From an uncultured Ignavibacteria bacterium (GTDB taxonomy: Bacteria; Zixibacteria; MSB-5A5; CAIYYT01), in NCBI GenBank assembly GCA_964592145.1, contig CAZQBX010000013.1, positions 3,199 through 67,198 of the forward strand: DNA of 64,000 bases, in the 5' to 3' direction. Position 1 is the stretch's first letter. Each line of letters starts with the position of its first letter. Positions 1-9,063 of the stretch are shown here, piece after piece. The notes beneath the pieces are model-generated. The model was not told the DNA's origin, ran no database searches, and worked only from the letters and a program-made list of their open reading frames with translations. A program made the translations under genes and the position numbers.

Positions 1-1188
1 AACCCAGGAGCCCTGCCACATTTTGCGGGAGACTTCTGCGTGAAGCTTGCTCACTCCGTTGATATAGGACGAAAAATTCATGGCCAGGTAGGCCATATTG
101 AATTCAGTAGCTCCGTAGGCGCCGTTCTGGCTCCCGAGCGCGAAGAAGTCATTGGCGCCGATGCCCAGTGCCGAATAATAGGGCCGCAAGTAACGCTCAA
201 CCAGATCTCGCGGAAAACGGTCAATACCGGCAGGAACCGGTGTATGCGTCGTAAATATTGTCGTCTGTTTGACCAACATCGACGCTTCGTTGAATGTCAA
301 CCCTTCGTTCTGCATTCGGCGTCGCACGCGATCGATCGCCAAGAACGCGCTGTGCCCCTCGTTCATGTGATAAACCGACGGCGAGAATCCGAGATCATCC
401 AAAGCACGGACACCGCCAATACCAAGTACCAACTCCTGGCGAATGCGCATATCAATGTCGCCGCCATAGAGTTCACTTGTGATGTCGCGGTCCTCGACAG
501 CGTTATGCGGAAGATTTGTGTCAAGCAGATAAAGTGGCACGCGGCCAACTTGCAGCTTCCAGACCTTGATGAGCACTCGCCGGCCAGCAAGATCAATCGA
601 TACCATCAACGGCTCGCCTTTTTGATCCAATGCTTCAGTTAAAGGTAGCATCGAGAAATCAAGCTCGGGATAGTATTCGCCCTGCCAGCCGTCGGCATTG
701 AGATACTGCTGGAAATAGCCGCGCTGGTAAAGCAAACCAACGCCAACTAAAGGTACGCCCAAATCGCTGGCTGACTTGAGATGATCGCCGGCCAGAACGC
801 CCAGTCCACCCGAATAAATCGGCAATGACTCGGTAAATCCGTATTCCGCCGAAAAGTATGCGATCTCGCGCTGTTCCGTCTTGAAATGTTGCTCTCCGAA
901 CCAGGTTTCGCCTTCCATGTAAACATGCAGGTCGCGATACACTGTTTCCAAATGCGCACGGAACGAGGCATCCTTCTCGAGCTTGTCGAGTTTCGCCTGG
1001 GGAATCATTGAGAGCAGGCGCACGGGATTGTGGCCGGAATCTTCCCACAACTTGGTATCAATTCTGCGCAACAGCTGTATGGCAGGCTGATTCCAACACC
1101 AATAGAGATTGTAGGCAATTTCACGGAGCGGTTTAAGTCCGGCTGGCAGCACGGGCTCTACCTGAATGTATCTTAATGCTTTAACCAT
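1..1188 (-). CDS. glgP: alpha-glucan (glycogen/maltodextrin) phosphorylase, N-terminal part; runs off the left edge
   Basis: Open frame from ATG 1188 (AAGGA upstream) to the window edge, absent from the ORF track because no stop is present. Motifs IAYFSAEYG, SGGLGVLAGDHLKSASDLG, HMNEGH, FTTHTPVPAG, NGVSKLH. Confidence 0.95.
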   Translation of the reverse strand, partial: MVKALRYIQVEPVLPAGLKPLREIAYNLYWCWNQPAIQLLRRIDTKLWEDSGHNPVRLLSMIPQAKLDKLEKDASFRAHLETVYRDLHVYMEGETWFGEQHFKTEQREIAYFSAEYGFTESLPIYSGGLGVLAGDHLKSASDLGVPLVGVGLLYQRGYFQQYLNADGWQGEYYPELDFSMLPLTEALDQKGEPLMVSIDLAGRRVLIKVWKLQVGRVPLYLLDTNLPHNAVEDRDITSELYGGDIDMRIRQELVLGIGGVRALDDLGFSPSVYHMNEGHSAFLAIDRVRRRMQNEGLTFNEASMLVKQTTIFTTHTPVPAGIDRFPRDLVERYLRPYYSALGIGANDFFALGSQNGAYGATEFNMAYLAMNFSSYINGVSKLHAEVSRKMWQGSWV

Positions 1189-1437
1189 CTGCATTCCTTG
1201 TCTTTATCGACCGCAGAATCATAATCATTACCTTGGAGGTGCAAACAAACTTCGTTGTTTGTAAGATAATGCAAGATTGTGCCGACGCCAAGCCGTTCCT
1301 TACCGACATACACGCTAAATTCGACCGAATCAGTTGTGTTCCGGAAAATTAAATAGCCTAAGTCGGTCTATGCTTAACATGAAGGGCATCGTCATGCGTA
1401 TTATCTCTAACGAATGTTTACGAGTAGGAAAGGATAT

Positions 1438-2898
1438 ATGCATTTACCAAAATCCCTAGGAGCGCTCAAGGCTTCCGGTTACATATCGCGCAGCACCAAA
1501 GACGAACTGCGCGAAAACCTTCTCGAACAAATCCGCGCCGGTCGCAACCGCTGGCCCGGCATTATCGGATACGACCGCACAGTACTTCCACAACTTGAAA
1601 ACGCTATACTTTCCAAGCATGACATTCTCTTGCTGGGATTGCGCGGCCAAGCCAAGACACGCATTCTTCGTCAGCTTGTAAATTTTCTCGATGAGTTTGT
1701 TCCTGTCATCAAAGGCAGTGCCCTAAATGAAGATCCGCTTCAGCCCATTACCAAGGCATCGAAGGAACTTGCGGCACAAGCCGGTGATGACCTGGAAATC
1801 ACCTGGCTTGCAAGAGCCGAGCGGTACCACGAAAAGTTGGCAACTCCTGATGTCTCGGTTGCTGATCTAATCGGTGATTTGGATCCCATCAAGGCGGTGA
1901 AGGAACGACTTGACCTCTCGGATGAAAACGTGATCAACTGGGGCATTATACCCAGAACCAATCGCGGAATCTTCGCTATCAATGAGCTTCCTGACTTGCA
2001 GCCGCGCATTCAGGTAGCACTTCTAAATATCCTGGAAGAGAATGACTTTCAAATTCGCGGATTTCCCATCCGCCTGCCACTCGACATGATGCTGGCATTC
2101 ACAGCCAACCCAGAAGACTATACGAACCGCGGCAATATTATTACGCCACTAAAGGATCGCATTGCTTCGCAGATCAATACGCATTATCCGAATGATGCCG
2201 CGACTTCCAAGAAGATAACCCTGCAGGAAGCCTGGCATGAGCGCTCCAACAAGGTCGAAGTACCGGAACTGATTCACGATATCATCGAACAGATTTCGTT
2301 CGAAGCCCGCAAGAGCGAACACGTTGATCAGACATCCGGTGTCTCCGCACGGCTCACGATTTCGGCGTACGAAAACCTCATCTCCAACATTGAACGGCGC
2401 GCAGCACTCAACAACGAGAAGGACTTCTTTCCACGTGTATGCGACCTCTATTCCGTCATCGCGTCAATTGTCGGCAAGGTCGAACTGGTCTATGAAGGCG
2501 AGCTTGAAGGTCCGAACATCGTCGCGATCAACTTGATTGGCGAAGCCACCAAGAAGGTGTTTAACCAGCACTTCCCGCAACCGCGCAAAGTCAAAGCTGG
2601 GGCCGATCAGCGTCCGCAGGAGAATGTTTACGAAGCCGTAACCGATTTTTTCTCGACCGGTAAGCGACTGGAGCTGTCGGACGAACTTCCTTACAAGGAG
2701 TATAAACAATCGCTACTGCAGATTGCCGGGCTGAAGGAAATCGCCAGAAAGCACTATGCGACAGAAGATGAGCGTGGTGTAATCCTCGCAATGGAGTTAA
2801 TCCTTGAAGGCTTACATCGTCATAACTTGATTGCCAAGGAATCTCCGGACAACAAGTTCATTTATGTCGATATGCTCGAAAACATGTTGAAGGACTAA
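1438..2898 (+). CDS. MoxR/ChlI-like AAA+ ATPase (partner of the downstream VWA protein)
   Basis: Variant Walker A GLRGQAKT, Walker B FAINE, TANPEDY, DR arginine-finger region. Start placed at ATG 1438 after AAGGA (track start 1414). Confidence 0.85.
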   Translation: MHLPKSLGALKASGYISRSTKDELRENLLEQIRAGRNRWPGIIGYDRTVLPQLENAILSKHDILLLGLRGQAKTRILRQLVNFLDEFVPVIKGSALNEDPLQPITKASKELAAQAGDDLEITWLARAERYHEKLATPDVSVADLIGDLDPIKAVKERLDLSDENVINWGIIPRTNRGIFAINELPDLQPRIQVALLNILEENDFQIRGFPIRLPLDMMLAFTANPEDYTNRGNIITPLKDRIASQINTHYPNDAATSKKITLQEAWHERSNKVEVPELIHDIIEQISFEARKSEHVDQTSGVSARLTISAYENLISNIERRAALNNEKDFFPRVCDLYSVIASIVGKVELVYEGELEGPNIVAINLIGEATKKVFNQHFPQPRKVKAGADQRPQENVYEAVTDFFSTGKRLELSDELPYKEYKQSLLQIAGLKEIARKHYATEDERGVILAMELILEGLHRHNLIAKESPDNKFIYVDMLENMLKD

Positions 2899-2900
2899 GC

Positions 2901-3992
2901 GTGCGGTTCATTTATTCTCAATGGGATGAGTCGATGATCGATCAGTTGCGCCAAATGCGCGATCTGATGTCGATCTTCAACTATCTCCTTCTGCAAGTCA
3001 ACGGCAATGTGAAGAAGGCGCTCCAGATTATGGAGCAACTCAAACGAATGGGCTATCTGCCCAAGGATGCCGACTTGGAAGAGTTCAAACGGAATCTTGA
3101 AGAGAATCAGATCATCTCGGTCAGCCCGACCGGCACGAATCTGACCCGCAAAGGCGAACGCAGCCTACGCAAAGACTCATTCGACAAGATTTTTGAGCAG
3201 CTCAAATCGTCGACCGGCGGTCGCCACCCGATTCCGAAGGAGGGCGGCAATTCGGAGGAAATTCTTCCCGAACGGAAGAAGTATTCCTATGGCGATAATC
3301 TGCGTAACATTGATTTTCGTAATTCCCTGTTGAATAACATTTCGCGCACAGCCGACCTTGGCCTCAACATGGAAGAGGAGGACTTGGAGGTCTACGAGAC
3401 CGAACAGGCGACAAACTGCTCGACTGTGATGTTGATCGACATCTCGCACTCAATGATTCTCTATGGCGAGGATCGTATCACTCCTGCCAAGCAGGTAGCG
3501 ATGGCTTTTACCGAGATGATCTTGACGCGCTTCCCGAAGGATACCTTAAGCATAGTATTGTTCGGTGATTTCGCGCAGGAAATCAAGATCAAGGACTTGC
3601 CGTATGTCGGCGTTGGCCCCTATCACACCAATACCAAAGCCGGGCTGCAACTGGCGCGGCAAATCTTGCTTCGTCGAAAGAGCGCCAACAAACAGATCTT
3701 CATGATCACCGACGGCAAACCCTCGATGATCAATCGCAGTGATGGCAGTATCTATAAGAACCCCTTCGGCCTGGATCCAGTAGTGGTAAATCGTACGCTC
3801 GATGAGGCGATCATCTGCCGGAAAAAGAAGATCCCGATTACGACGTTCATGATTGCCGAAGACCCGTATCTCCAACAATTTGTGCAGAAGCTGACTGAAT
3901 TAAATCACGGCCGAGCCTACTTCGCTTCGGCGCAGAATCTGGGCGATTACGTTTTTTGGGATTTCCTCAAGCATCGCCGCAAGGCAGGCTAA
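2901..3992 (+). CDS. von Willebrand factor A domain protein
   Basis: MIDAS-type DISHS, later TNT and ITDG motifs; 2 nt after the ATPase stop. Confidence 0.88.
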   Translation: MRFIYSQWDESMIDQLRQMRDLMSIFNYLLLQVNGNVKKALQIMEQLKRMGYLPKDADLEEFKRNLEENQIISVSPTGTNLTRKGERSLRKDSFDKIFEQLKSSTGGRHPIPKEGGNSEEILPERKKYSYGDNLRNIDFRNSLLNNISRTADLGLNMEEEDLEVYETEQATNCSTVMLIDISHSMILYGEDRITPAKQVAMAFTEMILTRFPKDTLSIVLFGDFAQEIKIKDLPYVGVGPYHTNTKAGLQLARQILLRRKSANKQIFMITDGKPSMINRSDGSIYKNPFGLDPVVVNRTLDEAIICRKKKIPITTFMIAEDPYLQQFVQKLTELNHGRAYFASAQNLGDYVFWDFLKHRRKAG

Positions 3993-3998
3993 ATCAAC

Positions 3999-6203
3999 TT
4001 AACTGACGGAAATCTTTCCGTCGCCTCTGCCCGTAACCTCGCCAACGACCATTGCGTCGCCCACTCCCTTCTGAATTAGCTCGCCCATTATAGCCTCCGC
4101 CTGTTCCGGCTTGACCGCCATGAGCAGACCACCCGAGGTCTGTGCATCGGCAAGGACGATGCGCATAACCTTGGATACACTCTCACCCCAGATTATGAAT
4201 GGCGACACATAGTCGAGGTTATTCTCAGTCCCACCGGGCACGATGCCGGCAGATGCGAGAGCGATTGCCTCACTAATAATCGGAACTTGATTTGCATCAA
4301 TCCGCGCCGTAACCCCGCTCCCCACGGTCATCTCCTTTAGATGACCAAGGAGCCCGAAACCGGTGACATCGGTGCAGGCGGACACATCGAAGCGAGACAT
4401 AACCTCTGCTGCTGCCGCATTGAGCGTGCTCATGATCTTGATTACCAAGTCACGCAGCTTCTCGTCGGCCATTTGGCGTTTGATTGCTGTCGAGATGATT
4501 CCCGTGCCAATCGGTTTGGTCAAGATCAATTTGTCGCCAACGCGCGCGGTATTGTTGGCACGAATCTTGGCTGGATGCACGATGCCTGTGACGGCAAGAC
4601 CATACTTGGGTTCAGTGTCATCAATTGTGTGACCGCCAATAATGCTGATTCCAGCTTCACTGGCTTTGTCAGCCGCACCCTGAAGTATTCGCTGCAGTAC
4701 CGACATCGGCAGCCGATTAGAGGGAAATCCGACAATACTCAAACCAAACAGCGGTTTACCGCCCATCGCATAAATGTCGCTAAGCGAATTCGTTGCCGCA
4801 ATTGCGCCGAAGTGATAGGGATCATCAACAATCGGTGTGAAGAAGTCGACGGTTTGCACGACTGCAATTTCGTCGCTTAGACGGTAAACGGCGGCATCAT
4901 CCGAAGTTTCGGCTCCAACCAGCACATTCACATCGTTCGGGCGGGGTAACTGTGCGAGTATCTTTTCGAGGGCCTGTGGTCGCAGTTTACAGGCACAGCC
5001 GAGGCCGTGTGTGTACTTGGTGAGCCGAATCTCCCCCCGGTCATCCATGACTTCTACTGCTGCGGTGCCCGAGGGCGCGAGCCGATTTATCGTCTTCTCG
5101 ATAGCATCGACGGCGGATTCGATTTCTGATTCAGTCGTCATGTAACCGGTTGAAAACCGTATTGTCCCCATGGCATACTCGACCGGAACGTGCATCGCCT
5201 CAAGGACATGCGACATCATCACCTTGTCGGAATGACAAGCCGCGCCAGGCGAGCAGGCTACTTGTTCCAACTCGGAGATTATCGTGTTGGCTTCGATGCC
5301 GGGGAATGATACCGACAGTGTGTTTGGCAACCGCAGTTCGCGGTCTCCATTGACCCGGCACAGCGGCAGGCGTTCGATTAACTCAGTTTCGAGCCTATCG
5401 CGCAGTTTCCTCATCAGCGGCGCCTGTTTGGAGAGCTCGCGAGATACAACTTCGCAAGCTTTACCAAGTCCCACAATCTCGAGAACATTTTCGGTACCGG
5501 CGCGAAGATTCTGCTCGTGCGCCGCTCCGTGAATCATCTTTTGCAGTTCGATACCGCGTCTCACGTAAAGTGCGCCAATGCCTTTCGGTGCATAAAGCTT
5601 GTGCCCGGCAATGGTGATCATATCCGCGCCGGTAGCTTCGACCGTGACCGGTATCTTGCCAACCGCCTGCGCTGCATCCGTGTGGACAGCGATGCTACGT
5701 TCGTGACACATTGCTGCAATCGCCTTGATCGGCTGAATTGTGCCAACCTCATTATTTGCCTGCATGATTGAGAGAAGAACCGTCGTCGGCCGGATTGCAC
5801 GACCGACGTCGTCGAGGTTCACAATACCAGTGGAATCAACCGGGAGATAGGTAACTTCGAACCCCTGGTCCTGCAAGTAGCGACATATCTCCAGCACCGC
5901 AGGGTGTTCAATCTGCGAAGTTATGATATGGTTACCGCGCGCGCGGTTCTTCAGGGCATAACCCGCAATCGCAAAGTTGTCGGATTCGCTTCCGCCGGAG
6001 GTAAAAATAATCTCATCCGTCTCGCATCCCAGCAAAGCCGCCACTTGCGCACGTGCCGTTTCCACTGCCTTTCTTGTCTGCACCCCGAACCAATGCGCAC
6101 TGGAAGGATTTCCGAAGTGGCTGCGCAGGAACGGCAGCATCGCTTCCGCTACTTCTGGATGAATCGGGGTGGTGGCATTATAGTCGAGGTAAATATGATC
6201 CAC
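3999..6203 (-). CDS. selD: Fusion of a NifS/selenocysteine-lyase-like PLP enzyme (N-term ~380 aa) and selenophosphate synthetase SelD (C-term ~345 aa)
   Basis: N-term YLDYNATTP, FTSGGSES, HTDAAQ, GHKLYAPKG, GAACHS. C-term HGLGCACK, DDAAV, TVDFF, NSLSDIYAMGG, GGHT, TDVTGFGLLGH, DAQTSGGLL. GTG start with AGGAG. Confidence 0.95.
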   Translation of the reverse strand: MDHIYLDYNATTPIHPEVAEAMLPFLRSHFGNPSSAHWFGVQTRKAVETARAQVAALLGCETDEIIFTSGGSESDNFAIAGYALKNRARGNHIITSQIEHPAVLEICRYLQDQGFEVTYLPVDSTGIVNLDDVGRAIRPTTVLLSIMQANNEVGTIQPIKAIAAMCHERSIAVHTDAAQAVGKIPVTVEATGADMITIAGHKLYAPKGIGALYVRRGIELQKMIHGAAHEQNLRAGTENVLEIVGLGKACEVVSRELSKQAPLMRKLRDRLETELIERLPLCRVNGDRELRLPNTLSVSFPGIEANTIISELEQVACSPGAACHSDKVMMSHVLEAMHVPVEYAMGTIRFSTGYMTTESEIESAVDAIEKTINRLAPSGTAAVEVMDDRGEIRLTKYTHGLGCACKLRPQALEKILAQLPRPNDVNVLVGAETSDDAAVYRLSDEIAVVQTVDFFTPIVDDPYHFGAIAATNSLSDIYAMGGKPLFGLSIVGFPSNRLPMSVLQRILQGAADKASEAGISIIGGHTIDDTEPKYGLAVTGIVHPAKIRANNTARVGDKLILTKPIGTGIISTAIKRQMADEKLRDLVIKIMSTLNAAAAEVMSRFDVSACTDVTGFGLLGHLKEMTVGSGVTARIDANQVPIISEAIALASAGIVPGGTENNLDYVSPFIIWGESVSKVMRIVLADAQTSGGLLMAVKPEQAEAIMGELIQKGVGDAMVVGEVTGRGDGKISVS

Positions 6204-6252
6204 TGATTTCTCCTAAGCAAATTCTACCATGCCGCACTAAGTCGGTCTTCGC

Positions 6253-8175
6253 CTAAACTTCGGTAAGCGCCGGCTTGGTTATCCACTGGCGGTACCACAG
6301 CGCCAAATTGAGCAGATTCCAAATGCGCATACCCTGGTTTTCGCCACGGTGATGGCGGGCAAAAACTCTTTCGATGTAGTCGCGATTGACAATTTCGCCA
6401 AGGAAATCCGATTGCGACGTCAATAACTCATACGCAAAGTTATCAACTCGCGGCGAAACCATGTTCTTCGCCGAACCACAGAATCCCACCTTGGGACGAT
6501 TCAATATCTCATCAGGAATGACACCTGTCACGGCTTTTTTCAAGAGATACTTCAAAGTGTCGTTCTTGTAGTGCATTGCTGATGGAATACGCAGCACATA
6601 TTCGACCAGAAGGTGGTCCAAAAACGGCACGCGGGTCTCAATTGAGTGCGCCATGGCCATCTTATCGACCCTCATCAACAAAAGTTCCGGTAGGCGTTGT
6701 TTTAGTTCGAGGTAAGTCATGCGCGAAAAATAGTCGCCTTCTCCATCGTACGACTCGTATAGACTCTCAATCTGATCCGAAGTCCGGAAATCGCGACACC
6801 GTTCACGCATGGCCCGAGAGAGCAGCTTCTCTTTCTCATACTCAAGAAACGCTATAGCTCCTCCCCAGAACAATTCCTCTTGTCTGCCCAATCTTCGCAA
6901 ATGCTCTCTCTCGAGATAGCGGCCGCTCGACTCCAGAATTCTTCCCGCCATGCGATAGCTCGCACGCCAAATCGTCCCCGGCACAGACTGCAGCTTCTCC
7001 CATTTCCCGATTAACCGCAGTGCAAGCAGGAACTTTGGATAGCCGCAGAACAACTCGTCAGCGCCTTCCCCTACCTGGATGACCGGCACGCTGTGTTGGC
7101 GCGCCAATTGTGAAACATGATACAGCGGCACACAGACCGGATCTGCTAATGGTTCATCTTGCAGATAGGCAAGTTGTTCGAACAACGAGATGAAGTGATT
7201 GTCGTTGATCTCAACTTCATGATGGTCGCAACGAAAATGTTTTGCCATGCGCCGCGCATACGCGAATTCATTAAACTGGTCTTGCCCGTCAATGCTCACG
7301 GAGAATGATTGCACCGGTCGGTCCATTAGTTCCGACATCAGCGCGACATTCGTTGTGGAATCGATTCCACCAGAAAGGAACACGCCAAAGGGCACGTCAG
7401 CGATCATATGCGAGTTCACGGCATCGCGAAGGTGTGCAAGTATTCCTTGCGAAATGGTTGACTCGTCGTCCTCGAGTAATGGCGCCTTCCGAATCGCGTC
7501 CCACCAGCGAGTGTACGTAATCTTGCCGGTGCCGTCGATGCGCATCCAATATCCCGCCGGCAATTTCTTGATTCCCGCAAACATCGTCATGGGCGCCGGA
7601 GCGGCCGCCAAAGTCAGGTAGTGATAGAGCGCCTCGGGATCGAGTTCTGGCGAAACGAGTGGGTGTGCAAGAATGGCTTTGATTTCCGAAGCAAATATGA
7701 GCGTGCCATTCTGAATAGTATAGTAAAGTGGCTTAATCCCGATGCGATCGCGCGCCAAGGTCAACTCGCGGCGGTCTTCATCCCACACCGCCAGAGCGAA
7801 CATTCCCCGTAACTGTCTGAAAGCCTCAGTTCCATGCTCGCGAAAGAGATGAAGCACCGTCTCTGTGTCAGAGTGCGAACGATAGAGGCATCCGTTCTGC
7901 TCGAGCCTGCGGCGCAAGTCTAAGTGGTTGTAAATCTCACCGTTGAAAACTATCTGCAATCTCCCCGAGGGCTCGGCCATCGGCTGACGTCCCGAAGAAG
8001 AGAGGTCAATAATCGAAAGCCGGCGATGTGCCAGTCCCAGCTTGTGATCTGGAGATATGTAGTTCCCGGCGTCGTCCGGACCCCTGTGCGCCAATCGCGC
8101 ACTCATGCGGTCAAGCAGCTCCAGCTGAACCGCGCCGCTGCTCTGGAAATGATATACTCCGCAAATTCCGCACAT
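6253..8175 (-). CDS. asnB: AsnB-family glutamine-dependent amidotransferase
   Basis: N-terminal MCGICG nucleophile, HRGPDD, HRRLSIID, NGEIYN, RDRIGIKPLYY, LSGGIDS, GEGADELF, ETRVPFLD. Confidence 0.92.
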   Translation of the reverse strand: MCGICGVYHFQSSGAVQLELLDRMSARLAHRGPDDAGNYISPDHKLGLAHRRLSIIDLSSSGRQPMAEPSGRLQIVFNGEIYNHLDLRRRLEQNGCLYRSHSDTETVLHLFREHGTEAFRQLRGMFALAVWDEDRRELTLARDRIGIKPLYYTIQNGTLIFASEIKAILAHPLVSPELDPEALYHYLTLAAAPAPMTMFAGIKKLPAGYWMRIDGTGKITYTRWWDAIRKAPLLEDDESTISQGILAHLRDAVNSHMIADVPFGVFLSGGIDSTTNVALMSELMDRPVQSFSVSIDGQDQFNEFAYARRMAKHFRCDHHEVEINDNHFISLFEQLAYLQDEPLADPVCVPLYHVSQLARQHSVPVIQVGEGADELFCGYPKFLLALRLIGKWEKLQSVPGTIWRASYRMAGRILESSGRYLEREHLRRLGRQEELFWGGAIAFLEYEKEKLLSRAMRERCRDFRTSDQIESLYESYDGEGDYFSRMTYLELKQRLPELLLMRVDKMAMAHSIETRVPFLDHLLVEYVLRIPSAMHYKNDTLKYLLKKAVTGVIPDEILNRPKVGFCGSAKNMVSPRVDNFAYELLTSQSDFLGEIVNRDYIERVFARHHRGENQGMRIWNLLNLALWYRQWITKPALTEV

Positions 8176-8416
8176 TTTCTGAATTACCTTTGCCCCCTTC
8201 GTAGGTTAATCGGTTAACTTCGGAATTGCAAACACTACCTGCCTTAGGTCAAATCAGGAAATTCCACTCTTCCTCAAATCTGCGTCAAAGTGAAACAACT
8301 TCCACTTCCTTCTATCGCCGACTCGGCAACCCGGCAAGAACGCTCAAATCACTAACCTAGACCCATATAGTCAATTAATTCCCGCCTCGTCCGACAACAT
8401 TGATAGAGGAAAACCA

Positions 8417-9061
8417 ATGCACAAATGTTTCATCACGATTCTGTTGATCACCATCCTCGGCGATTACGCCGCCGCCGGAACGATCGTCGGCCAGGTTACT
8501 TTGACTCCCTCGCGGCAGACAGCCGCGCCGGTCAATCGCTACACTGGCCGGGATGTCGTGGATAGCGCAAAAGACAGAGAAGATGGCGCAGCAGCGGCGG
8601 TTGTATATCTGGTCGGTGGTCCCGGAGCCGGTATTGCACCTCCGCAGGAACATCCGCAAATGGTGCAGATAGGCCAGTCCTTCGATCCGGAGGTTCTCCC
8701 GGTTCTGGTCGGCACGACAGTCGACTTTCCTAATCTCGATCCGGTCTTTCACAATGTCTTCTCGTATTCCAAAACCAAGAAATTCGATCTGGGCCGCTAT
8801 CCGAAAGGTCACTCCAAGTCAGTAACTTTCGACACTCCGGGCGTGGTCAAGGTTTTTTGCGAAATCCACTCCTCAATGCGTGCACATATTCTCGTCCTCG
8901 ATCTACCCTATTTTTCATCAGTCTCCAGCGATGGTCAGTTCCGCATTCCCAACGTTCCGGCCGGAGAATACACACTCAAGGTCTGGCAGGAACAGGCGCC
9001 GGAATCGGAGATGCCGGTAACCGTGCCAGCTGCCGACTCGATCGTGGTGAATGTGAAGTAA
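8417..9061 (+). CDS. Secreted cupredoxin (type-1 copper) domain protein with carboxypeptidase-regulatory-like beta segments
   Basis: Signal peptide; FHNVFS ... FCEIHSSM gives a His/Cys/His/Met ligand set; C-terminal FRIPNVPAGEYTLKVW. Confidence 0.78.
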   Translation: MHKCFITILLITILGDYAAAGTIVGQVTLTPSRQTAAPVNRYTGRDVVDSAKDREDGAAAAVVYLVGGPGAGIAPPQEHPQMVQIGQSFDPEVLPVLVGTTVDFPNLDPVFHNVFSYSKTKKFDLGRYPKGHSKSVTFDTPGVVKVFCEIHSSMRAHILVLDLPYFSSVSSDGQFRIPNVPAGEYTLKVWQEQAPESEMPVTVPAADSIVVNVK

Positions 9062-9063
9062 CG

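Noticed and set aside
40-642. 200-aa plus-strand ORF and other short ORFs in 1-1188
   Set aside because: Antisense or off-frame shadows of glgP, which the track missed because it has no stop in the window.
1438-2898. Magnesium chelatase / photosynthesis gene
   Set aside because: No ChlH/BchH or other bch genes are nearby; pairing with a VWA protein fits the MoxR-like subfamily.
5003-5005. Possible selenocysteine (UGA) in SelD
   Set aside because: The catalytic codon reads TGT (Cys) on the minus strand. I noticed no in-frame UGA read-through candidate elsewhere, though I did not scan for this systematically.
8857-9063. N-terminal extension of the histidine kinase in the ORF track
   Set aside because: Overlaps the cupredoxin gene; ATG 9064 sits 2 nt after its stop and precedes the first TM helix.
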